A stretch of 64,000 bases of DNA from Myxococcota bacterium (lineage in GTDB: Bacteria > Myxococcota_A > SURF-8 > G963663525). Both the position numbers and the translations under genes were made by a program. The DNA is taken from the NCBI GenBank assembly GCA_963676915.2, contig CAXXVK010000027.1, positions 1 to 64,000 of the forward strand. The letters are read 5' to 3'. The notes below the pieces were generated by a model that made no database searches, was not told where the DNA came from, and worked only from the letters and a program-made list of their open reading frames with translations. The stretch's first letter is position 1. Every line of letters begins with the position of its first letter. Below, piece after piece: positions 32,550 through 45,807 of the stretch.

Positions 32550-34517
32550 CTACTCGTTCCACTCATCGGGATCGAGCAGCACCAGTTCATCGTCGGAGTC
32601 CCCATCCCCGGAGTATTTTTTCTTGAATACTTCTTTGAGCATGGATGCAAGATCGTCGATTTTGTAGGGTTTGAGCAAAATCTGGTCCGCTCCGGCTTTT
32701 TTGATATCTCCCATCGGTGCGATATCGGCGAAACCCGTGGAAATCACTACCGGAAGATCCGCTGCCCGCTGCTTGATTTTTCGCAGCGCTTCCAATCCGT
32801 CCATTTTGGGCATGATTACGTCCATGACCACGACATCGATGTCGGCACGGCGCTTTTCGACGGTCTGGACCGCCTCCAAGCCGTTGTGGGCGACAATGAC
32901 CTGGTATCCCAGCGATTTCAGGATGCTTTCGCCCATGCTGATGATCAACTCTTCGTCGTCCACCAGCAATACGGTTTCGTTGCCACGCTCCAATGTGCCT
33001 TGGCTTTGGGACGGGCTTTTCGTCTCCTTGGGAGCGGAAACCGGCAGGTAGACCTCAAAGGTCGTACCACGTGGAATACCGGGAATGGCCTCGATATAAC
33101 CTTTGCGCTTTTTGACGATATTGCGAACGTAGTACAGACCGAAGCCGTGGCCTTTTTCGGCTCCCTTCGTCGATGACATCGGATCGAACAGCCGGGACAG
33201 CATTTTCGGTGCCACACCTTCGCCGTTGTCCTTGACCTGAATCATCATGTAATCACCCGGAGATACGGGGATTTTCAGGATTTCGCCACGATCGCCGATG
33301 TCGGCTTTTTCCAGCACCAGCTCGATCACCCCACCCTTGGGCAAGGCATCGCGGGCGTTGGACATCAGGTTCATGACAAGTTGCTTGAGTTCCGTGGAAT
33401 CGATTGCCAGCGGCAGGGAAGCTTTGGAAAATTTCTCGATGATGGTAATGGTCGGAGGGAACGTGTCGCGGCAGATTTCGACCACCGAACGCAGCACTTC
33501 GCCGGGATTGGTGACTTCCAGGTTCCCGTTTTCGTACATCGCCTGGCCACCGCGAGTGAATTCGATCAGGTTTTTGTTGAAATTGACCAGTTTATTCACG
33601 GCCTGGTCGATATGTTCCAGTCGTGGATACAAAGAATCGGAACTCGGCAACGTGGCCAGCAAACCGGAGACCTGACCGCTCAGCACCTGAAGAATGTTGT
33701 TGTTGGCGGTAGCGATTCCCGAGGTGATGTCGGCCAGCGACTTGGCCCGCTGATTTTCGAGCAACTCTTTTTCCATCCGACGAAAACGCATTTCAAGAGC
33801 GGATTCCTGACTGATATCCCGAACGATCAGGCAGATACCCAAAATGCTGCCGCTGTCGCTGAAGATAGGACAAATCGACATGTCCGCCGCGAAAAGATCG
33901 CCGTTGGCACGGACGTTCGAGGTCTTGCGATGGGAGGGTTTTCCGGAGGCGTACATTTTTTCCAGCCAGGAATGCAACTCCTCGACGCGCTCCTGCGGAA
34001 CGATCTGTTTGACCGGCTTGCCGATCGCTTTCGATTTCTCGATTCCGTAGATTTTCTCGGCGGCACGGTTCCAACTGCGAACGATGCCGACCACCGAAGT
34101 GGAAATCACGGCCTGATCCAAGTTTTCAAGCAAACTGTCGGCCAGATAGGCTTTACGCCGGTTCGACGTTTCTTCCTGCATACCAACCAATACGGCCAGC
34201 GCGTCGGTGCCTTCCTTCGCGGTAAGCCACGACGGTTCCAGCGTGACGGCAAGACGCTTGCCGTCACGGCTGAGGAATTCGAGATCGAGGGGATTTTGCA
34301 ACGCCTGGGCATTGCCCATCCAGGTATACAGGCGGCCTCGTTGATCCTCCGGGACGAAGTGGTAATCCGGCGTCAACCCTTCGAGCTGTTCGCGTTCCCA
34401 TCCCAGGAGTTGGCAAAACGAGGTGTTGACCCCCAGAATCACCCCACGTTGTCCGAAGAGAATCAGGCTCTCCTGAAACACATCCATGATGCCCTTGAAA
34501 TAAGGACCGTCTTCCAT
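32550..34517 (-). CDS. Hybrid PAS-PAS histidine kinase-like/receiver protein lacking the H-box His
   Basis: Two PAS domains; N-box NLMSNARDALP, DNGEG, GHGFGL; receiver LLVDDE...MDVIMPKMDG...KP; H-box reads GIATANNNIL. Confidence 0.88.
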   Translation of the reverse strand: MEDGPYFKGIMDVFQESLILFGQRGVILGVNTSFCQLLGWEREQLEGLTPDYHFVPEDQRGRLYTWMGNAQALQNPLDLEFLSRDGKRLAVTLEPSWLTAKEGTDALAVLVGMQEETSNRRKAYLADSLLENLDQAVISTSVVGIVRSWNRAAEKIYGIEKSKAIGKPVKQIVPQERVEELHSWLEKMYASGKPSHRKTSNVRANGDLFAADMSICPIFSDSGSILGICLIVRDISQESALEMRFRRMEKELLENQRAKSLADITSGIATANNNILQVLSGQVSGLLATLPSSDSLYPRLEHIDQAVNKLVNFNKNLIEFTRGGQAMYENGNLEVTNPGEVLRSVVEICRDTFPPTITIIEKFSKASLPLAIDSTELKQLVMNLMSNARDALPKGGVIELVLEKADIGDRGEILKIPVSPGDYMMIQVKDNGEGVAPKMLSRLFDPMSSTKGAEKGHGFGLYYVRNIVKKRKGYIEAIPGIPRGTTFEVYLPVSAPKETKSPSQSQGTLERGNETVLLVDDEELIISMGESILKSLGYQVIVAHNGLEAVQTVEKRRADIDVVVMDVIMPKMDGLEALRKIKQRAADLPVVISTGFADIAPMGDIKKAGADQILLKPYKIDDLASMLKEVFKKKYSGDGDSDDELVLLDPDEWNE

Positions 34518-34788
34518 GTCTGCTCCTTGCTACAACCATGCGTCTTCCTTGAGAAGCCGCAACAAATCCTAGGATATTCTACCCTTCGAAAATGCGGATG
34601 AACAAGTTCTTTCCACAACGACCCGATTGTTTATGCGCTCCTGTATTCGATAAAAAATGTATAAACGGTGACGTTTTCGCCTCCATGCGGTGTTGATAGA
34701 GAATAGGATGACGTTCGGGAGCGGATGTGGTAGACTTTGCAAAAAGGCTCCTGAAAACTCTGTAACTCCATCGAATCAGGAGGAAATC

Positions 34789-35817
34789 ATGAACGAATTC
34801 ACACGGATTTTCGGACTGTTGGCTTTGGCCTTGTTGCTTGTCGGCTGTTTCGGCGAAGACGATTCCACTTCCGGCCAGACCGGGCAGGCCGAGGACGACG
34901 CCTTTCGCAATGCTCTTCCCAACAGTGAAACTCTCAAGCTTGAAGTTCCCGAGTCGGAAGGCTCGAAAAAAATCATGCTGCGTGCCGTCGCCGCTCCGGT
35001 CGGCGAAACATCCGCTTATTATCTGGAAACCGTCCAGACGACACGAGCCATCAACTTCAGCGTGACTTTGCTGCTTTCCTGGCTGGATATTCTGGTCCAG
35101 TATCCCCCGTCGGAGCGCCTGGACAATGCCCGGATCTGGGGTCCGTGGCAGCCTGACGATGCCCTGAGTCAGATCGAACAGCGGTTGGTGGTCACTGAGA
35201 ACACCGAATCGGGAACGTTTGAATATTCCATGGAAGCGCGCAAGCTCGACAACGAGGACGGCGAGTGGACGAAAATCTGGTACGGAAACGTCGAACCGGA
35301 CGCCACCCAGGCTCATCATGGCATCGGCGACCTGACGCTGGATTTCGATGCCGCCGCCGAAATCGATCCTGCTGTGGTGGAACAAGGTCGTTTGGTGCTC
35401 GATTACGATACGGTCAGCGACGGTCGGCGCATCGAGGTGGAATTCATCGATTTTGTCGGGGAGGACAGTGACGGCGAGGTCGGCAACGGAAGTTACAGCT
35501 ACCACAGCCACGCCGATGGAACGGGCCGCTATTCCTTCACCCTCGTTGGAGACATTCACGCGGACGATCCCGACAAAGACCTGCCGGAACTGGAAGACAT
35601 TCAGATCGTTGCGACCTGGCAGGCCGATGGCCGTGGTCGGGCAGATGCTTCGGTCACCGGTGGCGACCTGGAAGCCGAAAGCTTCAAAGTTGTTGAATGC
35701 TGGGATACCTCGTTCCAAACTTCCTATTACATCGAGAGTGCGGTGCTGGACGGCGAAGAGTATTTCGACGAAGACGGCGACGAGGAAAGCTGTCCCGAGG
35801 TCGTCCCGGAATCCTGA
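34789..35817 (+). CDS. Acidic lipoprotein, hypothetical
   Basis: Lipobox LLVGC, RBS AGGAGG; IWGPW, G.GRADA..TGGDL and ECWD segments. Confidence 0.75.
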   Translation: MNEFTRIFGLLALALLLVGCFGEDDSTSGQTGQAEDDAFRNALPNSETLKLEVPESEGSKKIMLRAVAAPVGETSAYYLETVQTTRAINFSVTLLLSWLDILVQYPPSERLDNARIWGPWQPDDALSQIEQRLVVTENTESGTFEYSMEARKLDNEDGEWTKIWYGNVEPDATQAHHGIGDLTLDFDAAAEIDPAVVEQGRLVLDYDTVSDGRRIEVEFIDFVGEDSDGEVGNGSYSYHSHADGTGRYSFTLVGDIHADDPDKDLPELEDIQIVATWQADGRGRADASVTGGDLEAESFKVVECWDTSFQTSYYIESAVLDGEEYFDEDGDEESCPEVVPES

Positions 35818-35841
35818 AAATTTTCTCTCGGCCCAACCAAC

Positions 35842-35872
35842 AAAACCCCGTCGGAAACAACGGGGTTTTCTT
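35842..35872. terminator. Intrinsic terminator (likely bidirectional)
   Basis: AAAACCCCGT...ACGGGGTTTTCTT between convergent genes. Confidence 0.75.
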
Positions 35873-36034
35873 GATTGGGAAATAAGCCGTCAGATAGAGA
35901 AAATTTCCATGGTTCAGGTCTATCGGATAAAGCTGAATTGTATCCTGCTCCCTGCGTTTTGCTTGGAAAAGAACCCTGTGGATAGGGAAGCAATTCCCGT
36001 TCATCGCAATGATTGGTTTGTACGGTAAAAACAG

Positions 36035-36565
36035 CTATTTGGAGGTCTCGATGGCGGCGTTGTCTTCCGAGATCGGGACGAATCCTTCACCCTCGTGACG
36101 TACGATGCGCGTGATTTGTGCTGCAAAGCGGGCCTTTGTCTTGTCGCGACGGTCGAACAGCATCGAAATTCCCAGGCCGACCAAAAATCCCGCCACACAG
36201 CCTAAAATCGCGCCGTCGTCCGTATCGAATCCCAGTGTGGAAAACAGCGCTTGCATAGAAAAGCCTCCCACCAGCAAACCGAAAAGCGGTACGAGGTAGA
36301 CGAAAAACGTCGCCTTGACCTTGGAGTTTTCGGGAAATGCGATTTCGACCTGATCGCCGACGGACGCCCCGATCGTGTTGGTCGCTCGGATGGCGTCGGG
36401 CGTATCGGTTCCCATGGCGAAACACGCGCCTTTTCCGGCGCATTTGTCACAGACACCTTTACGGGGAATCGATACCACCGCCGTATGTCCCTCCAGCGAT
36501 TGCACGATCCCGGCCCGGCATTCACTCATTTCCTTCGGTGTTTCCACGATCGCTTTCGAGTCCAC
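36035..36565 (-). CDS. RseC/MucC family (SoxR-reducing system) membrane protein
   Basis: CDKCAGKGAC, N.IGA.VGD.V.I, VYLVPL, two TM helices. Confidence 0.85.
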   Translation of the reverse strand: MDSKAIVETPKEMSECRAGIVQSLEGHTAVVSIPRKGVCDKCAGKGACFAMGTDTPDAIRATNTIGASVGDQVEIAFPENSKVKATFFVYLVPLFGLLVGGFSMQALFSTLGFDTDDGAILGCVAGFLVGLGISMLFDRRDKTKARFAAQITRIVRHEGEGFVPISEDNAAIETSK

Positions 36566-36846
36566 GGTCCGCTCCGAATCTGCCGAAATCCTTCATGGGA
36601 ATATAATAAACCCCAGTGGCATTCGGGCAAGCGAAAAGATGGTTTCGACCTGAGAAAAGGAAAAAGTCGAGCTTTTTAGGGGTTCAATGCAAGAAACTGG
36701 CAGGAGGACGAGGAAAAACTCTTGACAAAGTCACTACAGACTAAAGACTTATAGCGAACCCTCGTGAATGAGTTCGGTTTCGCGTGGGTTCGAACCTGAA
36801 GGAATATGGATACGCTTGCACTGCAAGCAGCTGCCGGGAGAACAAC

Positions 36847-38886
<2,040 letters not shown>

Positions 38887-38922
38887 TTTTTCTCGTTTTT
38901 ATTGTATTCAGGCGGGTTTGGC

Positions 38923-39252
38923 TTACGAACCCGCCTTTTTTTGTTTCAGGCGCTGGTTGATGATAGTCCGCAGCCGGGAACGCGCACGATTATGAGGGGC
39001 GTTGAAGGCGTATTCGGGCGAATCGAGATATTGCTGCTGGCTCGCACGGATATCCTGCGGGACAAACAGGTCGGCCACACCTTCGAACCTCGTTCCGCAC
39101 AGGGAACAGTAATTTTGGCCACGAACCAACTTTGCACCGCAGGATGGGCAGAAGTTGGTGATGATTGGAAGCCTCGTACCGCAAACGGAACAATATTCGG
39201 CCAGAGGATTCTGTGTCGGCGTGAAACAGCGCGTGCAAGCTCGCTTGATCAT
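38923..39252 (-). CDS. Double zinc-ribbon domain protein
   Basis: Four CxxC motifs (CTRC, CSVC, CPSC, CSLC). Confidence 0.7.
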   Translation of the reverse strand: MIKRACTRCFTPTQNPLAEYCSVCGTRLPIITNFCPSCGAKLVRGQNYCSLCGTRFEGVADLFVPQDIRASQQQYLDSPEYAFNAPHNRARSRLRTIINQRLKQKKAGS

Positions 39253-39363
39253 CTCGAAACTCCACAAAAGGATTTTTAATATATTATATAAAATTGAGTT
39301 TAATTTGTCTATTTCTTGTTCGTTTTTTCGCAGGAACGAGTGAAACGGAGTGGGGAATTTTCA

Positions 39364-39428
39364 GTAGGTCGGGCAAATTTCTTGCCCGACAATGCCAAGG
39401 TGTCGGGCAAGAAATTTGCCTGACTTAC
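39364..39428. repeat. REP doublet (REPIN), family GTAGGTCGGGCAAATTTCTTGCCCGAC
   Basis: 27-bp arms in inverted orientation (2 mismatches), 11-bp spacer; each arm is GTAG plus a palindrome. Confidence 0.85.
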
Positions 39429-39641
39429 GGGATTATCCTGAAATTCGAAGAATTTTCGGTAGGCTAACCCGGAATATTCATGAAGAATCTACTCCGACTT
39501 GAAAACTCTCGATCTTTCTCTCGTTTCCCGATTTTCATCCTCGACAGACTTTCCAGTATGCCTGCGGGTGAAAATTGCTCCAACTTCGCGAAAGTTCTTC
39601 GGTTTCCGGCGTCTCTCTACGATTTTCATGAATGTTCCGGG

Positions 39642-40163
39642 CTAAAAATCCGGTAGAAACTGGGGTTGCTGAGTATCGGGACGCAGTTTGCGGTCCAGTT
39701 GCCTGGCAAGAGCGTAGGCGGGAACGCCGACGATGAACGTTGCCAGCGTGCCAAGCAAAAGCTGAGAAAGATTCGGCCAGAACGTGACCAATGTGGACGA
39801 TTTGAAGACAAAGACGTAAAAATTGGCCAACTCCCGGCTCGGACCGCTGATCAGGGCAGCAAGAAACGCCAGATGCACCGGGTGTTTCAGCAACAATCGA
39901 AGGGAAAGAAACGATATCATCAGATACAAGGTCACGGCGACCAGAAACACCAGCGGCAAACTCGCTGCACTTTGCGCTGCCACGGCTACCGAACAGAAAA
40001 AGGTCGAGACCAACCCGAGAACGGGCCGACGCATCGTGCTGAAAAACACCACTCCCAAAGCCAGCAGGTCGGGGCGTGCTTCTCTAAGTCCTAGAAGATA
40101 CGAAACATTTCCCATGCTGAAGCAGAACAGACCGAAACCGGCGAGCAGCAGAACCCAACGCAT
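39642..40163 (-). CDS. mreD: Rod shape-determining protein MreD
   Basis: Hydrophobic 173-aa protein with RPDLLAL motif, coupled to the mreC stop (TGATG). Confidence 0.75.
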   Translation of the reverse strand: MRWVLLLAGFGLFCFSMGNVSYLLGLREARPDLLALGVVFFSTMRRPVLGLVSTFFCSVAVAAQSAASLPLVFLVAVTLYLMISFLSLRLLLKHPVHLAFLAALISGPSRELANFYVFVFKSSTLVTFWPNLSQLLLGTLATFIVGVPAYALARQLDRKLRPDTQQPQFLPDF

Positions 40164-40984
40164 CACAGCCCTCCCGTGGGTTCCAGCACCAATACTTCTT
40201 CCAGCCGGGTGAAATCCACCACCGGGTCCAGCACAGCTTCGATGAAAATTCCTTCTCGTTGTTGAGAAAGTCTCGATACCCGACCCATCGGCAACCCGGC
40301 GGGAAAGCGGCTGTCCATGCCGGATGTCACCACGAGATCGCCTTCCTGCACCCCGGTCGTTCGCAGGCTGTAGACAATCTGGCACTCCAGTTTGTCTTTG
40401 CCCGGTAGCCCCTGCACCATTCCCTGTGCGCGAGTGCGCTCGATCAGAGAGTCAATCGCGCTGTTGGGGTCGGTCATCAACAAAACCTGGGCGGTGGAAC
40501 CGTACAGCTTCCAGATACGTCCCACGACGCCCTTGTCGTTGACCACCACCGCTTTGCTGCTGATGCCATCGCGGCGTCCGCGATCGATCGTGATGGAGCG
40601 GTAGTCTCCGAAAAGATCGACGGCAATGACGTTTGCGCCGATGGCATCGAGCTTGTGTTCTTTTTTGAAACGTAAAAGCCGTTTGAGACGGACGTTTTCC
40701 TTTTCAGACGCTCGAAGTCTCTGGAGTTCGAGTTCCAGACGGCGTTTTTCTCCTTCGGCTTCCAGCGCTCGTTCGGCGGCGTCCGTCAGGGCGACATAGC
40801 GTCGCCAGACCTGCCCTAAGCCATTGAAAACATAGGTGGTTCCCTTTTGAAGAGGAGAAAAGACAAACCGGGCCGCCGACTCGGCGGCGTTGGTTTCGTC
40901 GTCGTTTTTATCGTGACTGACAAGCGCCAAAACGGCCAGCATAATCACGACCAACAGCAAAAAGGGAATACGATACTTGAACAT
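40163..40984 (-). CDS. mreC: Rod shape-determining protein MreC
   Basis: EN.RLKRLL, IDRG..DGI, GVVGRI, GD.VVTSG....P.GLP.G. Confidence 0.93.
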   Translation of the reverse strand: MFKYRIPFLLLVVIMLAVLALVSHDKNDDETNAAESAARFVFSPLQKGTTYVFNGLGQVWRRYVALTDAAERALEAEGEKRRLELELQRLRASEKENVRLKRLLRFKKEHKLDAIGANVIAVDLFGDYRSITIDRGRRDGISSKAVVVNDKGVVGRIWKLYGSTAQVLLMTDPNSAIDSLIERTRAQGMVQGLPGKDKLECQIVYSLRTTGVQEGDLVVTSGMDSRFPAGLPMGRVSRLSQQREGIFIEAVLDPVVDFTRLEEVLVLEPTGGL

Positions 40985-40991
40985 CCGCCGC

Positions 40992-42071
<1,080 letters not shown>

Positions 42072-42257
42072 TCAAAAAACCTCGAATCGAAGACTCTTTT
42101 TTGTCAAGTGCCCGATTTCAAACGGTTTCTTTCGTTGCCTTTGTAGGATGCACTCCTAAATGCCTCCACGCAATGCGTCTCGAAATTCCTGCCACTATAT
42201 TTCCTATTGATCGCCTTGACCACTAAAAAGATGGAAAATATCCAAAAAAAGGACACG

Positions 42258-42830
42258 TTACAAATCCGTAGAGAAAAGCTCCTTGTAGACCGACCCTCCA
42301 GGCTGCAGATAAGAACGGTACAGCACCACCCGTGCGGCCTCGCTCGTACCGAAAACGTGTGGGCGCAGCCCGTTCGTCGCCTCTGCAACAAGACCACGCC
42401 CTTTCTCGTAACGAACCCTTCCCAAGGTGATGTGGGGTTTCAAGGGACGGTCTTCCCAAGGCAATCCAATGGATTGAAAATGCTCTCCCAGGGATCGGTG
42501 CAAGGCGTGCAGTTCGGGAGCAAATGCCATTCCCGCCCAAAGCACTCGGGGACGTCCGAAGTTTGGAAAAGCTCCAAGACCTTGGATTTCCAAAGGAAAC
42601 CGACCCAAATCCGTCGTGGCTTTACGGGTTGCCTCGGTAATGGGATGCACCAACGAGGCGTCGATGTCACCGAAAAAGTTCAAGGTGACGTGCAGCCCTT
42701 CGGGACGTACCCAACCTACTTTCACACTCGGCGGAAGCAGGGTTTCGGCAAGGCGAGCCTGCATTTCCTGCATGTTTCGCTTGATCTCCTCGGACAGCGG
42801 AAGCGCGAGGAAACAGCGGATGTTTTCCAT
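42258..42830 (-). CDS. thpR: RNA 2',3'-cyclic phosphodiesterase (2'-5' RNA ligase family)
   Basis: Two HxT motifs (LHVTL, PHITLGR), RPRVLWAG, LYRS.L.P.G.VY. Confidence 0.92.
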   Translation of the reverse strand: MENIRCFLALPLSEEIKRNMQEMQARLAETLLPPSVKVGWVRPEGLHVTLNFFGDIDASLVHPITEATRKATTDLGRFPLEIQGLGAFPNFGRPRVLWAGMAFAPELHALHRSLGEHFQSIGLPWEDRPLKPHITLGRVRYEKGRGLVAEATNGLRPHVFGTSEAARVVLYRSYLQPGGSVYKELFSTDL

Positions 42831-43114
42831 TTTTCCACTCTTTCAAAGAATTCGCATTTATGGTCTTTGGTCCGAACGATTTCCATGAAAAAATCCCTCC
42901 GCACAAAGACCAACATACCCGAAAAATAGGTGGAAATACCATTTTTTCATCAACTCGGTCCATCCTCTTCCATGTCAGGCTCGTTCGAAATCTGGAATGA
43001 AAGTACCTTAACGATTTCGCGTTTTTCCTTCACAATATTTATAAATTTTGCTATTATATTAACTATAGTTTATTGAGAATACTTATGACCGCCTCCGTTT
43101 CGAAAGGAAATGGC

Positions 43115-44137
43115 ATGAGACGCGCTTGGACGATACGATGGTTTTCTCTGATGGTATTGGCGATCCTGATGCAGCTAACCGGCTGTTATTCCTCCGAAAT
43201 GCTGGAAGGGGACATCGACCTCTCCAACGGCGATCTCGACGCTGTGGAAGGGGAAATCGAGGGGATCGAAGCCGAAGAAACGGACCTCGATGAAGAGGCT
43301 TCCGAAAGCGTCGAGTCGGAAATCATCGCCGAAGAAGAACAGACGGATACGGTGGATGAACCCGCCGAGCAGGAGCCGGTTCAGGTGGAAGACGGCTGCG
43401 ATTCCGTACGTATTCTGCTCGACGGCTCCAATCAACCGGCCCCCGGAGAAGCCCTTCGTTTGCAAGCGTCGTTCGGTTCCTATGAGTTGCAAGCCACGAA
43501 CATCGACTGGTCTTTGGATGCCCTGCCGGACATGAGTCTGGCCCGCTTGGATACCACCGGCGGAACAGACGGTGAAGTCGAATTGATACCGGACTTTTTG
43601 GGGGACTACCGCGTGCGTCTGCAGATGAGCGACCAGACCGGACAGAAATACGGTCCCTGCATTCAGCCGGTGCATTGTCTGCTGGACGGACTGCTCGTTG
43701 TGGAATTGGCCTGGAACACCCCCAACGCCGAAGAAGGTGCGGACCTTGACCTGCACGTGATCAGCCAGACGGGAAAATGGGGTGCCCATCCCTTCGATTG
43801 CTTCTGGGACAACCCCCAGGCCGCCTGGGGTGATGCCTCCGACCAGGACGATGGCCGCTTGCTGTCCGATGCCCGTTACCCGGTTGGACCGGAGCATTTT
43901 CAGCTTCTCGAAAAACCTGGCGATGTCGATGAGTTGGAAGTGGGCGTACGAGTCAATACCAGCCGTGGTTCCGGAGCCAGCCCGGCTCGGGTCACCGTGT
44001 ACTACGAAGGAAAACTGTTGGAATCGTTCCGGCACGGCGGATTGGTCGACGGCGATTTCTGGTGGATCGCCCGTATCGATCTGAGAGACGGCGGGCTGGA
44101 AATCATCGACAAGGTATCCACCGGATATCCCGAATAA
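43115..44137 (+). CDS. Lipoprotein with acidic linker, Ig-like domain and DLDLH-motif (DUF2135/YfaP-like) domain
   Basis: Lipobox QLTGC; VELAW....ADLDLHV, DCFWDNP, GPE. Confidence 0.7.
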   Translation: MRRAWTIRWFSLMVLAILMQLTGCYSSEMLEGDIDLSNGDLDAVEGEIEGIEAEETDLDEEASESVESEIIAEEEQTDTVDEPAEQEPVQVEDGCDSVRILLDGSNQPAPGEALRLQASFGSYELQATNIDWSLDALPDMSLARLDTTGGTDGEVELIPDFLGDYRVRLQMSDQTGQKYGPCIQPVHCLLDGLLVVELAWNTPNAEEGADLDLHVISQTGKWGAHPFDCFWDNPQAAWGDASDQDDGRLLSDARYPVGPEHFQLLEKPGDVDELEVGVRVNTSRGSGASPARVTVYYEGKLLESFRHGGLVDGDFWWIARIDLRDGGLEIIDKVSTGYPE

Positions 44138-44277
44138 TTTTCAATCGTTTTCGCTCGTTTGTATCCAGATTTCAGAGTTTGAAAACTTTTCACCGTCGGG
44201 TGAGTGCTGCCGTACTGAACCACACGTTTCTTCCTATCCCTAATTCTGCATGAATCGAACGGGGTAAATCTAAGAAT

Positions 44278-44366
44278 GGGTGCGCTATCGATCCGGAAAG
44301 GATCGATAGCCCGGATTTTTTGTGTTTTCACGGCCAGTCATCTCACGGTGAAAGACCGTGCCACCC
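44278..44366. repeat. Degenerate GGGTG-family REP doublet (left arm may also act as terminator)
   Basis: 11-bp hairpin GCTATCGATCC/GGATCGATAGC preceded by GGGTG; right arm CACGGCC...AGACCGTGCCACCC matches the arms at 20.9 and 32.4 kb. Confidence 0.6.
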
Positions 44367-44432
44367 CCCGAAAGCACTTGAATGGAACAAATCATTCAAG
44401 AATTGAATCACCTAAGCCCTCACAACCATCCC

Positions 44433-44461
44433 TTGACAGTCCATAGCGAGCCTTCTATAAC
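44433..44461 (+). promoter_or_regulatory. Sigma70-type promoter
   Basis: TTGACA-17 nt-TATAAC upstream of ATG 44504. Confidence 0.65.
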
Positions 44462-44503
44462 CTTGAAAGTACCATGGAATTTCAGACCTCAGGAGGTCCG
44501 CCA

Positions 44504-45781
44504 ATGACGGGAAAACGGCTGTTCGTGTTCATCATGCTGCTGGGACTGTTGGGAGCCTGTACGCCGACGGTCGATACCATCGATTCCCTGGCCGAACAGC
44601 AGGGCGGAGAAGCGAAAATAGCAAAAATCATTCAGGAAACGGGAAACCCGTTTGCCGTTCGCGTGCATGGTTCGGTCACGCTCGCTCGGCTTGGGGATCT
44701 CAACAACCTCGGTTTGAGCTACCGGGATCTTCCCGTCGGAGACCGTAGCAAACTCGCTGTAGAGTCGGCCAAGCAGATCGTGGAATTGCTCAAGCATCCC
44801 GATGCGGACGTGCAGGCCAACGCCAAGGACGCCTTGCACCTGCTGATCAAGTTCGGTGAAGGGCAGGTTCCGGCCAACGTGGGACAAGCGGTGGTCGACT
44901 GGTACGGCAAAGGATTTTCCCGAAAATACGGATCGGGAAAATATTCGGCTTTCAATGTACTTACCCGTATGGGAGATGCCGCCGTGCCGATGCTGATCGA
45001 TCAGCTTTCGACGCAGGACATGGCGATGAAGTCTTTGAAAATACTGCAACAATTCAATAAGGGAGCCACCAAGAAAAAAGTCTGCGACTACATCATTACC
45101 TGGTGGAACGAGCAATATCCCAACCCGCAGCGTTCGTTGATACAGACCCTGCATTTTTTCCGGGACTCGCGGGTTTATGAACTCGTTTTACCCTACTTGC
45201 TCGATAAAAATCGCTCGATTCAAACCCGTTACCTGATTCTCGAAGCTTTATCGCGTAACGCCGATCCTGAAAGCGTACCCACGGCTTTGACCATCGCTCT
45301 GGATCGCACCTATGATATCGAGTTGCGTGCCTGGGCGCTGGATATCCTCGGACAAGCCGCCGTGCCGGAACAAGCGCTCAAAGTGTTACCGCTTCTAAAG
45401 GAAGAGCGGGTGAAATGGGGTGCGTTCGGCGTGATTGCCCGCCGGGGAGGTTCCGACGGCGCGGCACGAGCCATTGCCGGATTGAATTACAACGTCAAAT
45501 TCGGAGCGGGTGATTTCAAAGAAGTTCGCATGCAACTGAAAGATCTTACCTTCGAAAGCGCCGAACCGTTGACCAAGATTCTCGATGCCGATACCGCTAC
45601 GCAAACCGCGTTGGCTCTGATCGGGTTGGGAGTTTGTTCCAACAAAGATCTCGCCGACCAGCACATCAAGCCTTTGTTCGACGTTTCCAAAACCGTTGCG
45701 GGATTCGATGCACGGGGTGGAGCGATCACCATCGGAGAATTGGCCAAGCAGGTCTACCAACAAATTACCAAACGTAAATAA
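44504..45781 (+). CDS. Helical-repeat (HEAT-like) lipoprotein
   Basis: Lipobox LLGAC, RBS AGGAGG; LLKHPDADVQANA and LRAWALDILG repeat-like segments. Confidence 0.7.
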   Translation: MTGKRLFVFIMLLGLLGACTPTVDTIDSLAEQQGGEAKIAKIIQETGNPFAVRVHGSVTLARLGDLNNLGLSYRDLPVGDRSKLAVESAKQIVELLKHPDADVQANAKDALHLLIKFGEGQVPANVGQAVVDWYGKGFSRKYGSGKYSAFNVLTRMGDAAVPMLIDQLSTQDMAMKSLKILQQFNKGATKKKVCDYIITWWNEQYPNPQRSLIQTLHFFRDSRVYELVLPYLLDKNRSIQTRYLILEALSRNADPESVPTALTIALDRTYDIELRAWALDILGQAAVPEQALKVLPLLKEERVKWGAFGVIARRGGSDGAARAIAGLNYNVKFGAGDFKEVRMQLKDLTFESAEPLTKILDADTATQTALALIGLGVCSNKDLADQHIKPLFDVSKTVAGFDARGGAITIGELAKQVYQQITKRK

Positions 45782-45807
45782 CCGTTCGTGATCCTGGAGC
45801 AACCGGA

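Noticed and set aside
36722-36756. IscR/Rrf2 box upstream of nifU
   Set aside because: TTGACA is present but there is no convincing palindrome or well-spaced -10 box
39347-39496. Outer TIRs around the 39.4-kb REPIN (CGGAGT...ACTCCG)
   Set aside because: Only ~6 matched bases, absent at the 58.3-kb copy, and no TSD
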